Of a DNA stretch of 64,000 nucleotides, positions 18,469-28,955 are shown one piece after another. Under the pieces are notes generated by a model. The model was not told where the DNA came from, searched no databases, and saw only the letters and a list, made by a program, of their open reading frames with translations. Numbering within the stretch: position 1 is the first letter of the stretch; every line of letters begins with the position of its first letter. A program made the position numbers and the translations under genes. Source of the DNA: Polyangiales bacterium (GTDB taxonomy: Bacteria; Myxococcota_A; Polyangia; Polyangiales; Polyangiaceae); the NCBI GenBank assembly GCA_038231275.1, contig JBBRLQ010000020.1, positions 81,685-145,684 of the forward strand, given 5' to 3'.

Positions 18469-19680
18469 ATGAAGAGCTCCCTTATCCTGGCCCTCGGTAC
18501 CGCCGCTGCGTTCACCCTCACCGTCTCTGCAGGCTGCAGCAGCTCGAGCTCCGGCAACCCCGTCACACAAGGCGACGCCGGCGGGAACGACGGCAACGTG
18601 CAAGAGGACACGGGCGGCGGCGACACGTCGACGGGGGGTGACACGGGCGCCGACGCCGGCGACCTGACGACACCGATCACCGGGCTGACCGACAAGACGT
18701 GGACGTGGGTGCCCTTCGCAGGCGCCATCTGCCGCGACGGCTCGCCCACCGGCATCGCCGTCAACACGAACCCCGGCGCCACGAAGGTGATGCTCTTCCT
18801 CGAGGGCGGCGGCGCCTGCTTCAACGACTTCACGTGCGTCCGCAACCCGGCGACGTTCGGCAGCGCCGAGTTCGACAAGTGGAAGGCGGCGAGCCACCCC
18901 GGCCTCATGGACCGCGCCGACGCCGCGAACCCCGTCAAGGACTGGAACATGGTGTACGTGCCGTACTGCACGGGCGACGTGCACGCCGGCAACAATCCCA
19001 ACGGCCAATCCAACGACGGCGCGCGCCAGCAGTTCGTCGGCTACACGAACATGGCGCGCTACCTCAAGCGAATCGTCCCGACCTTCGCGAGCTCGACGCA
19101 AGTGCTCCTGACCGGCGTCAGCGCCGGCGGCTTCGGCACCCTCGCGAACTACGAGCAGGTCCAAAAGGCGTTCGGCGCCGCACCGGTCGACATGCTCGAC
19201 GATTCGGGCCCGCCCTTCGAGGACCCGTTCCTCGGCGCCTGCCTTCCCGACCAGTTCCGCTCGCTCTGGAACCTCGACGGGACCTTCATCCCGCTCTGCG
19301 GCGCCGACTGCGCCGGGGCCGATGGCGGGATCAGCAACTACCTGACGAAGTACATGAAGCACGTCACCACGACCTACCCGAACCGCAAGTTCGGCTTCAT
19401 GGACTCGCTCAACGACGGAACGATCTCGTACTTCTTCGGCTTCGACTCCAACGGCTGCACCGGCCTCACGCAAAAGACCGAGGCGGAGTTCACGGGCGGG
19501 CTGAACGACGTGCGCACGCAGCTCGCGTCGTCGGCGAACTTCGGGACGTTCTACTTCACCGGCACCGACCACACGACGCTGAGCTCGCCCACGTACGACA
19601 CGCGCACGGCCGGCACGACCAAGCTCAGCGACTGGGTCACCGCCTTCGTCGGCGGCACGGTCAGCCACGCCGGCCCCTAA
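18469..19680 (+). CDS. Pectinacetylesterase/Notum-like lipoprotein (alpha/beta hydrolase)
   Basis: Lipobox SAGC; CRDGS, LEGGGAC, YVPYCTGDVHAG, GVSAGG nucleophile. Confidence 0.85.
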   Translation: MKSSLILALGTAAAFTLTVSAGCSSSSSGNPVTQGDAGGNDGNVQEDTGGGDTSTGGDTGADAGDLTTPITGLTDKTWTWVPFAGAICRDGSPTGIAVNTNPGATKVMLFLEGGGACFNDFTCVRNPATFGSAEFDKWKAASHPGLMDRADAANPVKDWNMVYVPYCTGDVHAGNNPNGQSNDGARQQFVGYTNMARYLKRIVPTFASSTQVLLTGVSAGGFGTLANYEQVQKAFGAAPVDMLDDSGPPFEDPFLGACLPDQFRSLWNLDGTFIPLCGADCAGADGGISNYLTKYMKHVTTTYPNRKFGFMDSLNDGTISYFFGFDSNGCTGLTQKTEAEFTGGLNDVRTQLASSANFGTFYFTGTDHTTLSSPTYDTRTAGTTKLSDWVTAFVGGTVSHAGP

Positions 19681-19688
19681 CCTTCATT

Positions 19689-22415
19689 TCAGAGCTTGGC
19701 GGCGGTGCCGACGCGGGAGCGCAGCTCGGTCGCGGCGGAGCCGGCACACCAGGAGAGGAGATCGCCGCGCTTGTTGGCGAGGGTGAGGTCGGCGATGCGT
19801 CGTGTGTCGGCCTCGCCGGTCATCTGGGCCATCGCGACGGCGAGATCGCCGCATGCCAGGAGGCCGGCGCGGTGCGCGGTCAGCTCGACTCCGCGAACGT
19901 AGGCGGCGAGATCCATCCGACCGCCTCGATCTTCGAGGGACGCCACTGCTCTTGCCAGCGCGTCTTTGGCGGCGCCGTCGGGATCGAGGCGCGCGCCGAG
20001 ACGCTTGGCGCCCTCCTGGATCGGCTTGGAGGCAGGCATTTTCGGCATCGCGAGCTTCACGGCCGCGAGGACGAGCGCGCTGAGATCGGCGACGCTCGGG
20101 TAGAAGACGAGCGCGTAGTGCTCTGGGCGGTAGTACGTGAGGTGGCGCGCGGCGAGGAACGCGAGCTGCGGAACGGCGAGGCCACTCGTGACTTGGGGGC
20201 CTAGCGCGGTCGCCGCGATCGGGCTCTGCACGGCCGCGACGCCGCCGGGAACGTCCGGGACGACGTACAGGTCGGGCAGCTCGACACCCAAGAGCTGCGC
20301 CGCCCACGCGAACGAGCGCACGACCGACGCGGTGCTCTCCTTCGCCTGCCGCGCGCCCTCGGGGAGCTCGACGAGCCGATTGGCTGCACGGAGCTCGCTC
20401 GTGCGCATCGCAATCGCCGCAGGCAAGATCGCGCGCAGGATGTCGCCGACCTCCGCGTCGACGCCCGGCGCGGCCAGCTTCTTCCACGCAGCGTCATCGA
20501 GCGGCGCCGCGGGACGGAGGCTCCCGCTCGTGGCCTTCACTTGCTCGAGGTAGAGCTCGTGATCGACCTCCGCGGCGCCGAGCTCGGTCAGCGCGACGGC
20601 GCTAAGCCACGCGCGATCTGCGCGCGACGCGCGGACGTGCAGCTCGAAGAGACGCTTGTAAGTGGCGGCGCGCGTCGGCGCGTGACGCGCGGTCTCCTCG
20701 AGCTCGCGCGTGGCGGCGTCGGCGTCGCCACGCGCGAGGAGGAGCTCTGCGAGCATCGCGCGCGCGTCTCCGTCGGACGGCGCGCACGCCAGCGACGCCC
20801 GGTAGGCCTCGATCGCCCCCGCCTCGTCCTTCAATCGATCGCGCCTCAGCACCGCGAGGCGCTTGCACACCTCGGCGGCCTTCGCCCGCTCACCGCGCAC
20901 GACGAGACCCTCGGTCACGACAAGCAGCTCCTTCGCCAGCGTCTCGTGCTCGTCGCGACGCGTCCGCACGGCGACGAGCGCGAATAGAGCACGCTCATGC
21001 GTCGGATCGTCGGCCAGCGCACGCGCCAGGATCGTGCAGCCGCGCGCGTCGTCGCGGAGGCGTCCCAACGTCACGTCGGCCTGCAAAAACCGCAGCTCCG
21101 CGCGCGCCGCCCCTGCCGCGTGCTCGTGATCCCCCAGCTCGGCGAGCGCTCCGAGCGCGCCCGCGAGCTTCGCCCAGTCTCCGGCCTTTTCGTAGAGGAG
21201 GCGCAGCTTCTGAAGAACGCCCGCGTCGCGCGGCACCAGCTCGTGCGCGTCCTCGAGGACACGAACGGCGCGCGGGCCGTCGCCCAGCTCTTTCTCCGCG
21301 ATCCCCGCGAGCTTGAACAGCTCGTCGGCGCGTCGCTTCGGATCGGCCATCGTCGCGGCGAACGACGCGCGAAAATCCGCCGCGCGTCGGAAGTCCCTGA
21401 GCTCCGTCGACAGCGCGACGAGCGCCTCGAGCGACCGCGCGTGGCCGGGTGACTCCTTCAGCGCCTTCTCGTAGTTGAGCTCCGCCTCGCGAGATTTTCC
21501 CTGCGCGCGCTTCACCTCGCCGAGGTACGCGTAGATCGACGCCTTCGCCGCGGAGTCCTCGGCCCCTACGACGAGCAGCGCGCGCTTGTACTCCTCGATG
21601 GCGCGATCCCACTGGCCCTTCTCGCGCGCCTCGGCGGCCGCGAGCAGGATCGGATCGAGCGCCGGCAAGACCATCGGGCGCAGCGAGCGGTGCGGCTCCG
21701 ACGGCGGCGCGCGCATCGACGACGGCGGCGCGCGCATCGACGGCGTGGCCGGGGGAATCGGCGCGGCGTCGAGGACGACGTCGGTCGCTCCCTTCAGCAG
21801 CGCGAAGGCCGGAACGCGCGACGCGAACCCGGCGTCCTCGCGGATGCGCTCGTAGACCCGTGACGCGACGACGTCACCGCGATCGGTGCGCAGCTCGGGT
21901 CCGTCGAGTAGCGAGAGGTAGAACCGCGTGAGCGGCCACTCGTCAGCCGCGCCAGCTCCCTCCGGCAGCGCGTGCGCGCCGACCAGCAGGCCTGCGCCGC
22001 TGTCACGAACGCCGAGCGCTCCGGCAGCCGCGTCGACGTGCTCGGCCGCGCGCATGACGTCGTCCGACATGCCGTCGTGGCGAAGATCCATCACGAAGAA
22101 CGCCTCGCGGGGGCTCTGGACGGCGATCACGTCCCCGAGAACGCCGAGCGGAACGGTCGCGTCGTCGCTTTTCCCCACTCGAATGCGCAGGACGCCGTCG
22201 TCGTCGAGGCGGGTCGACGCCGCGAGGTAGACGAGCACCGTGTCGTCTCCTCCGGCCATCCCCGCCGCATCGGCGACCTGGCCGCCGAGCCGCGCGGTCG
22301 TCGCGAGGTTGATGACGCTCCACCCCGACAGCGCGAGCCGCTCACGCAGCGAAGCGACGGGCGCGGGGATCTCCTCGTCGGGCAGGGTCGGCGCGATGAC
22401 GAAGGCGACGCGCAT
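19689..22415 (-). CDS. Large TPR protein with N-terminal inactive caspase-like domain
   Basis: TPR-like helices (AIEEYKRAL, AELNYEKAL, AIEAYRASL); N-terminal DDTVLVYLAAS...FFVMDLRH; C-terminal TAHRAGLLACGD. Confidence 0.7.
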   Translation of the reverse strand: MRVAFVIAPTLPDEEIPAPVASLRERLALSGWSVINLATTARLGGQVADAAGMAGGDDTVLVYLAASTRLDDDGVLRIRVGKSDDATVPLGVLGDVIAVQSPREAFFVMDLRHDGMSDDVMRAAEHVDAAAGALGVRDSGAGLLVGAHALPEGAGAADEWPLTRFYLSLLDGPELRTDRGDVVASRVYERIREDAGFASRVPAFALLKGATDVVLDAAPIPPATPSMRAPPSSMRAPPSEPHRSLRPMVLPALDPILLAAAEAREKGQWDRAIEEYKRALLVVGAEDSAAKASIYAYLGEVKRAQGKSREAELNYEKALKESPGHARSLEALVALSTELRDFRRAADFRASFAATMADPKRRADELFKLAGIAEKELGDGPRAVRVLEDAHELVPRDAGVLQKLRLLYEKAGDWAKLAGALGALAELGDHEHAAGAARAELRFLQADVTLGRLRDDARGCTILARALADDPTHERALFALVAVRTRRDEHETLAKELLVVTEGLVVRGERAKAAEVCKRLAVLRRDRLKDEAGAIEAYRASLACAPSDGDARAMLAELLLARGDADAATRELEETARHAPTRAATYKRLFELHVRASRADRAWLSAVALTELGAAEVDHELYLEQVKATSGSLRPAAPLDDAAWKKLAAPGVDAEVGDILRAILPAAIAMRTSELRAANRLVELPEGARQAKESTASVVRSFAWAAQLLGVELPDLYVVPDVPGGVAAVQSPIAATALGPQVTSGLAVPQLAFLAARHLTYYRPEHYALVFYPSVADLSALVLAAVKLAMPKMPASKPIQEGAKRLGARLDPDGAAKDALARAVASLEDRGGRMDLAAYVRGVELTAHRAGLLACGDLAVAMAQMTGEADTRRIADLTLANKRGDLLSWCAGSAATELRSRVGTAAKL

Positions 22416-22443
22416 GGACAGAGGAGCTTACGACAAAAACCGC

Positions 22444-23316
22444 TCACGCGAAGCGGACGACGAGCAGCGCGTGATCGGAGTCGGTGGTCGTGGGTCCGTC
22501 GGGATCCAGGGTCGAATGATCGCGGAGGCTCGCGTTGAGGAACGCCGCTTCCCTCGCCCGCGCAGCGAGCTCGGCAGACGCGAGGATGTGATCGAGCTGC
22601 TGCTTGGCGCCGCGGTGGAGGATCGAGAAGCGCGCGTCCATCGGCACCGTCGCGTCGCATGCCACCAGACTCCGACCGCACACGATGCGAACCGGGAGCG
22701 AGGAGGGTCCGTCGTTCATATCGCCCACCACCGCCACCTTCGCGGCCGAGTCGCTCGCGAGGAGCCCATCGACGATCCCCCGCACGAACAGGGCCTCGGC
22801 CGCGCGCGCCGCCATCGCTCGGAGCATCCCCTCTGCGTACTCTCGTTCGGTCGCCGGCAGGATCGGAAGCTCGGCGCCATCGAGGAGGGGCACCGGCCGT
22901 CCCGACTTGAAGTGCACGACGAGGAGATCGACTTCCCCCAACCCCGGCGCCCGCACCTTCGCCTGCACGATCCCGCGGCGCAGCGGGATTCTCGGCCCGA
23001 ACGGCGTCCGATCGTTCACGCCGAACCTCGGGAAGGGAAGCTCCGCGGCGGTGTGGATTCGGCTCGTCACGATCGGCAGACGCGAGATCAGCGCGTTGCG
23101 GATTCCACGCTTGTCCGCCGGCCCGACGACCTTCGCCCCGTACCCAAAAGGCCCCACGCGCAAGAGGAGCGCCGAAAGCGCCTCCTCGGACCCCACCTCC
23201 TGCAGGCCGACGACATCGGCGTTCGCCTCCTCCAGATGCAACGCGAGGTCGTCAATCTTGGCGCGGTCCGCCTCGAAGAAGTCTTTCACGTTGAAGGTCG
23301 CGAGGCTGAGCGGCAT
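22444..23316 (-). CDS. Endonuclease/exonuclease/phosphatase family protein
   Basis: LATFNV, VVGLQEV, VHFKS, VGDMND, LDHIL, SDH; ATG at 23316. Confidence 0.9.
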   Translation of the reverse strand: MPLSLATFNVKDFFEADRAKIDDLALHLEEANADVVGLQEVGSEEALSALLLRVGPFGYGAKVVGPADKRGIRNALISRLPIVTSRIHTAAELPFPRFGVNDRTPFGPRIPLRRGIVQAKVRAPGLGEVDLLVVHFKSGRPVPLLDGAELPILPATEREYAEGMLRAMAARAAEALFVRGIVDGLLASDSAAKVAVVGDMNDGPSSLPVRIVCGRSLVACDATVPMDARFSILHRGAKQQLDHILASAELAARAREAAFLNASLRDHSTLDPDGPTTTDSDHALLVVRFA

Positions 23317-23356
23317 GAGGTGGCTCCGGGGCCCATTCAGGCTATCCTCTTTCTTC

Positions 23357-24295
23357 ATGGAACCGCTCTCGGAGGACAACCTACGCTGGCTCGTTTCCCG
23401 CTTCGCCCACCTGATGGCGAAGTACGGCGACGTCATCGGCACGCCCGATCTCGTCCTTCCCACGGGAGAGTTCTTCCCCGACGAGTTCACGCTCGATCCC
23501 GACGGCGTCCTTCGCGTCGCCAAGCGCCTCCTCTCGTATGCGCCGGTCGGCGAGGGTCTCCCGTTCGGCGTCGCGTTCCTCGAGGCAGGCGACAAAGCGC
23601 CGAGCGGCGGCGGATGCAGCAGCGGCGCGTGCGGAACCGGCGGCAGCGGCGGCGGCGCAGACACGGCGGGCGGCACGTTGCTCGAGAGCGACGACGGCTA
23701 CGGCATCACCCTCGCCGTGGCCGACACCGGCAACCCCACGCTCATGACGACGGCCCTGGCGCGGGGCGTCGGTGCGATCGTGCTCTCGGAGGCCGGAGAA
23801 GAGGCCGATCCGGAGCTGATCGGCGGAATGAGCGAGCTCACGGCGAGCGTGATCGGCTTCGGCGTGCTTCTGACGAGCGGCGCCTACGTCTACGGCAAAT
23901 CGTGCGGCGGCGTGCGCATGCGTCAGGCGACGCACCTGACCGTCGACGAGCACGCGCACCTCCTCGCGCTCTTCTGCCGCGTTCACGACAAGAAGCCCGG
24001 CGCCGCGCGCGCGCACCTCGAGACGACGCAGAAGGAGGCCTTCGAGGGCGCCCTTGCGTGGGTCGACTCGAACCCCGAGATCGTCGCCGCGCTCCAGTCC
24101 CATCCCGAGACGCTGACCGACGGCCTCTTCTCGATCGCCGCGCCCAAGGGCCTGCTCGGCCGCCTGTTCGGCAAGAAGGCCACGACGCCCGACGCGATCG
24201 CGCCGAAGTCGAAGCGCCCGCCCCGCACCGAGGCCGAAGAACGCCGCCTGGCCGAGGCGCGCGCCCTCGTCGAAGAAGCGCTACGTACACGATAA
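23357..24295 (+). CDS. Hypothetical protein with CSSGACG and KSCGG motifs
   Basis: Typical codon usage and globular composition from ATG 23357 within ORF 22604..24295. Confidence 0.7.
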   Translation: MEPLSEDNLRWLVSRFAHLMAKYGDVIGTPDLVLPTGEFFPDEFTLDPDGVLRVAKRLLSYAPVGEGLPFGVAFLEAGDKAPSGGGCSSGACGTGGSGGGADTAGGTLLESDDGYGITLAVADTGNPTLMTTALARGVGAIVLSEAGEEADPELIGGMSELTASVIGFGVLLTSGAYVYGKSCGGVRMRQATHLTVDEHAHLLALFCRVHDKKPGAARAHLETTQKEAFEGALAWVDSNPEIVAALQSHPETLTDGLFSIAAPKGLLGRLFGKKATTPDAIAPKSKRPPRTEAEERRLAEARALVEEALRTR

Positions 24296-24370
24296 GACGG
24301 CGCACATCGCGGACCAGTCCGGCAGCTGCGTGAGCAAGTAAGCCCGACTCGTCGTATTCTCGCGGTCCTC

Positions 24371-26062
24371 ATGGATCGCCTCGCGCCCGTCGCGCCGTCG
24401 GACGAAATCGATCTCTACGTACGCACCTACACCTCTCTGCTCCGGTCGACGGGCGAGGTGCGGGTGCGCGCATTGGAGGAGGCCCACGCGTACAGCACGT
24501 CGGCGCTCCATCCAGGCGCGCTCGCGCCGGAGCTCGACGCGTCGGCCTTCGCGTACGCCGCCGCGCGTCTCCCGGCGACGATGATCGCCACGCGCCACGT
24601 GATCCTCGGCCAGTCGCACGAGCTCTTCGAGGCAGCCGGCTTCGACGTGCGCACGTGGGCGATGGTGCGGACGCGCGGGCGACGGCGGCCCCTGCGCTAC
24701 GACGGCAAGAGCACGCTCGCCGTGTTCATCGCCAGCGTGAGCGACATCGACGATCTGGTGCCCATCGTGACGGCCTACCAGATCGAGTGGAACAAGATGC
24801 ACGCGCTCCTCCGCGGCGCGTCGTTCGAGCGCGACGGCGCGGTCGACGCCGGTGTCGTGCGCGCCTCCTTCGGAGTCGACGAGGCGGTGTGGCAGAAGAT
24901 CGTCGACGCGTTCGGCAGCGCGCTTGCCGATGGGCTTCGGGCGATCGCCGCCGGACCCTTGGATTTGCGGCTCCGAATGCTCGCGGCGTCGTACTCGCAG
25001 TACCAGCGCTCGGCGCAGAGGTGGTGGAGCGGCGTGGAGCCGACGTACATGCGCGCCGCCGAGCCGCGACGCCCTGCCGTCTACTTCGTGTCGTCGAACA
25101 CCCACGCGGTGGCGAACTTGCTCGGCGGCTACGCGCGCGCCAAGCAGGAGGACATCGCGGCCTACGCGCGCGCGAAGAACCCCGAGGGCCTCGCCGACAA
25201 GGTCGATCAGGTGCTGGCGAGCGAGGACGACGCCGAGCGGTCGAGCCTCCTCTATTACCTCCTGCGCGGGTATATCCACGACGGGCCGACGGCGCGCATG
25301 CGCGAGGTCCGCGAGTTCGAGGCGCGGTGCGGGCTCGTGCACCTGTCGGAGCCGGGCCACATCGACGTCGACGCGCAGCTGCTCGATCTGTCGAAGGTGC
25401 GCGCCGAACAGCTCGATCCGCGCCTGCGCGTGCCCGGGCTGGAGCGCCTCGCCAAGAGCGACGCAGTGATTCTGAACATCGACTACCCGCTGGGCATGGC
25501 GGCGTACCACCTGCTCTCGCGCATCGGGCAAGGCGTCGGTGAAGTACGCGGCGTCTACGTGATGGGCAAGGCGGCGACCTTGAACGGCCGCGTCGGCGAC
25601 GTGTCGGTGAGCGGCGCGGTCTACGACGAGCACTCGCGCAACACGTTCATGTTCAAGAACGCGTTCCACGCCGATCACGTCCGCCCCTACCTGCGCTTCG
25701 GCTCGGTCTTCGACAACCAGTCGGCGCTGACGGTGCGGAGCGCGTTCCTCCAGAACAAACCGTACATGGGCACGTTCTACCGCGACGGGTACACCGTGCT
25801 CGAGATGGAGGCCGGACCGTTTTTGAGCGCGATCTACGAGCTGGTGTATCCCTCGCGCGTTCCCACCAACGAGATCGTTCAGCTCGCCGACAAGACGCCG
25901 TTCGATCTCGGCATCCTGCACTACGCGAGCGACACGCCGTACTCACGCCGGCAGTCGCTGCTCTCCAAGAGCCTCTCGTACTTCGGCGTCGACGCGACCT
26001 ACGCGTGCGCGATCGCGATCGTGCGGAGGATCTTGCAGCGCGAGGTCGAGCGCGCCGGCTGA
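24371..26062 (+). CDS. Conserved hypothetical protein with C-terminal nucleoside phosphorylase/AMP-nucleosidase-like fold (DUF6909-like)
   Basis: MGKAATL, LEMEAGP, YASDTP motifs in PNP-superfamily order. Confidence 0.6.
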   Translation: MDRLAPVAPSDEIDLYVRTYTSLLRSTGEVRVRALEEAHAYSTSALHPGALAPELDASAFAYAAARLPATMIATRHVILGQSHELFEAAGFDVRTWAMVRTRGRRRPLRYDGKSTLAVFIASVSDIDDLVPIVTAYQIEWNKMHALLRGASFERDGAVDAGVVRASFGVDEAVWQKIVDAFGSALADGLRAIAAGPLDLRLRMLAASYSQYQRSAQRWWSGVEPTYMRAAEPRRPAVYFVSSNTHAVANLLGGYARAKQEDIAAYARAKNPEGLADKVDQVLASEDDAERSSLLYYLLRGYIHDGPTARMREVREFEARCGLVHLSEPGHIDVDAQLLDLSKVRAEQLDPRLRVPGLERLAKSDAVILNIDYPLGMAAYHLLSRIGQGVGEVRGVYVMGKAATLNGRVGDVSVSGAVYDEHSRNTFMFKNAFHADHVRPYLRFGSVFDNQSALTVRSAFLQNKPYMGTFYRDGYTVLEMEAGPFLSAIYELVYPSRVPTNEIVQLADKTPFDLGILHYASDTPYSRRQSLLSKSLSYFGVDATYACAIAIVRRILQREVERAG

Positions 26063-26090
26063 AGCACGCCCGACACCACCAACCACCGGC

Positions 26091-27806
26091 CTACATCTTC
26101 GCGCGACGACGGAGCGCGACGAGCGCGAGGCCAACGAGCGCGAGCCCGCCGAAATCGCCGGGCGCCCGAGCGGGCGAGGTCGAGCAGCCGCTGCTGCTGG
26201 AGCCGCCCCCGTTGTCAGGCGTGGCGCCGTTGCCCGCGTCGGTCGCGACGACCGGCGGCGCATGACCGGCGTCCGGGACCGGCGTAGTAGAGACGCCCGA
26301 GTCGTCGCTGGGGCTGCCCGCGTCGTCGCCCGGCGTCACGCCAGAATCGGCCTCCGGCGGCGGCGCGACGCAGAGGTTGGTCGTCGTATCGCACCGCTTG
26401 GGCGGCGCGCAGTCGGCGTTCTTCGTGCACTCTACGCACGTGCCCTTCTTGGGTCCCGCGGCCGTGAAGCACGCGCCGGGCGTGCAGTCGGTGTCGTCGG
26501 AACAAGCGCGGCATACGTGGGTGCCCGTGTCGCAGATCGGCGTGCCGCCCGAGCACTGCGCGTTGCCGGTGCACGCGTTGCTGGCGCACGAGTCGTCGGT
26601 GTCGTCGTTCGACTTGATGCACGTCGCCCCGGCCGCGCACGGCGCGGTCGCGGTGCACGCGACGCACTGGCCGAATTTGTGGTTCGTCGAGTCCGTCTCG
26701 CAGACCGGTCGCGCGCCGTTGCACGCGACCACGTTGTCGGCTGCCGTGCATGCGCGGCAACCGGCGATCGCGGGTGAGCTCCCGTCGCAGATGATCGTCG
26801 GCGACGTGCCGATGCACGCGCCGCGCGAGTTCGACCATTGCTTTTGCACGGTGTAGCCGGCGACGACGGTGTCGGAGCTGGAGCCGCTCTCGCAGATGTC
26901 GCCGATCTCGCCCTGGTTCTTGTCCGTCGAGTACCAGTACCAGGCGGACGGTCGAGCGATGGTTGCGACGCTCGACGGTACGAGGCCGACCTCGGTGTCC
27001 GTGATCGCCTCGACGAGCTCGTGTGAGTGGATGCTGGTGGAGGTGTTGAAGCCGAAGCCGCAGTCGGGGTGGACACCGTAGGGGACGCTGAGTCCCTTGT
27101 AGACGATGGTCGAGTGGTACGCGCCGAACTTGACGCAGGACTGATCGCTGCCGAGCGAGATCGTGACGCCGGGCGGGAAGTCGAACATGTAGATCGAGTT
27201 CACGTTGCCCGCGGCGTCGGTGACGGGCGCGGGCAATTTCCCGGCGTTGAGCTGCGCGGCGAGCTCGACGCCGATCTGATCGTCGATGATGGATGTCGGC
27301 GTGAGGCTCGGCGTGATCGTCACGCTGCCGCCGAACGTGCCGCGGCCGATGCGCTGCCCGGAGCCCTTCGCGCCGTCCTGCCCGTTCAGGCCGAACGTGT
27401 CGTACTCGGCGAGCCAGTCCATGTACACGCTGTTGGTGATCGCCGTGTAAAAGCCGCCGATGCCGTTCTTGAGCGTCGTGTTGACGCTCGGTCCCCAGTT
27501 GACGGCGATGACGTGGACATTGCTGATCACGCGCCCACCCCAGTACGTGAGGAGCTGATTGGGGGCGCTGACGATCGGCGCTGACGTACCGGGCGTGACC
27601 GAGGCGCGCCCGCGACGCGGCGCCACCGTGCCGTCCGGCAAGCGCGCAGGTTGCGCTTAGCGCGGGAGCGGGCGTTCGGTCTCGAGCGGCGTGGCCGTCG
27701 TGCCGATCGCCTCCGTCGACGTCTGCGGGCGCGCCGCCTCGCTGGAGCAAGCCGCGGCGAGCAACACCGCAGCGGGGGCGGCGACGAACGAGCTCCTCGA
27801 GATCAT
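26091..27806 (-). pseudogene. Cys-rich surface lipoprotein with MYXO-CTERM-like tail, interrupted by in-frame TAA at 27657-27659
   Basis: GGAGG RBS + lipobox AAAC from ATG 27806; same frame continues after TAA; SHELVEAITD motif; C-terminal SSSGCS..TM..RRR. Confidence 0.7.
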
Positions 27807-28019
27807 GCGAATCCTCCAAAGGCGCGACGACATGGGGGTCCCGACGCGCGCGCGCGCAGTCTGGCCGTGGCCGCGCCGCTGTCCAGGAAGAACGCGCCGG
27901 CGGAGGTACAAAGCGCCCCGACCTTGCGCCGCCGCTCACGCAGATTCCGTGTTGCGTGAATCTTTCTCGTGCAGCTACAGGACGCCTCTCCCGTGCCGTT
28001 CTCGGGACCGAGGTCTCCG

Positions 28020-28871
28020 ATGAAGACGATCGCGTGCGCGCTGCTCCTAGGCCTTGCGAGCTGCGCCGGCACGCCGCGCGCGAGGCCTGTCCCTGCGCCG
28101 TCCCATGATCTGATGACGCAACCGCGCGACGAGGCGATCTCGCCGACGACGCCGACGCGGGGCGCTTGCACGGACCACACGACCGCGGAGTGCATCGCGA
28201 TGGCGCACGATGGCGAGCAGCACACCGAGCTCGGAATGCAGGGCGCGTTCCCCGCGGCCGTGTACGCGCACGTCTCGTCGCGCCTCGACGTCGCGTGCGA
28301 GGGTGGCGATCTCCTCGCCTGCGCCGAGCTCGGCCACATGTACGCGTCGGGGATCGGCGTCGCGGTCGACAAGGGCCGCGCCAACGACCTCTACCAGCGC
28401 GCCTGCGACGGCGGTGAGCCCGAGGGCTGCGCGCAGCTCGGCCGCGCCTACCTCGAAGGCTCCGGCGTCGCCGCGAACCCCGCCCATGGGATCATGCTCC
28501 TCGAAGGCGCGTGCACGCACGTCAATGGCGAGGCCTGCTTCCGGCTCGGCGAGCAGTTCGCCAGCGGCACGCTCGTCCCGAAGTCGCCCTCGCGCTCCGC
28601 CGAGCTCTTCGGCGCCGCGTGCGAGCACGGCACAGCCATCGCGTGTGTGCGGCTCGCCGAACAGGTCGCGCGCGGCGACGGCGTCGCGAAGAGCCCCACG
28701 CGCGCCGCAAAGCTCTACGATCGCGCGTGCGTCGCGGGGAAGGCCTACGCGTGCGGCGAGCTCGCCGAGCTCTACGCGCGCGGAGACGGCGTCCCCCGCG
28801 ATCCCGCGCGCGCGCGCGAGCTCTCGACGCAAGCCTGCAGGGCCGGCTACGTCATGGCGTGCGCGAAGTAA
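28020..28871 (+). CDS. Sel1-like repeat lipoprotein
   Basis: Lipobox LASC; repeated ACxxLGxxYxxGxGVxxD motifs. Confidence 0.9.
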   Translation: MKTIACALLLGLASCAGTPRARPVPAPSHDLMTQPRDEAISPTTPTRGACTDHTTAECIAMAHDGEQHTELGMQGAFPAAVYAHVSSRLDVACEGGDLLACAELGHMYASGIGVAVDKGRANDLYQRACDGGEPEGCAQLGRAYLEGSGVAANPAHGIMLLEGACTHVNGEACFRLGEQFASGTLVPKSPSRSAELFGAACEHGTAIACVRLAEQVARGDGVAKSPTRAAKLYDRACVAGKAYACGELAELYARGDGVPRDPARARELSTQACRAGYVMACAK

Positions 28872-28945
28872 CCTCTCGCACATCGCGAGGCGCCGAGAGG
28901 CGAGTGGGGGAGGCTCGTCGCGACGGCGACGAGGGGCGAAGCCCC
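28872..28945. repeat. Multi-hairpin REP-like/terminator element between convergent genes
   Basis: CCTCTCG/CGAGAGG, CTCGTCGC-GACG-GCGACGAG and GGGGC-GAA-GCCCC stems. Confidence 0.45.
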
Positions 28946-28955
28946 GCTAGGCGGC

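Noticed and set aside
5412..19013. Very long minus-strand ORFs (5412-8822, 9728-11920, 12403-15783, 14013-19013)
   Set aside because: Antisense shadows of real high-GC genes; Arg/Ala-rich with no motifs
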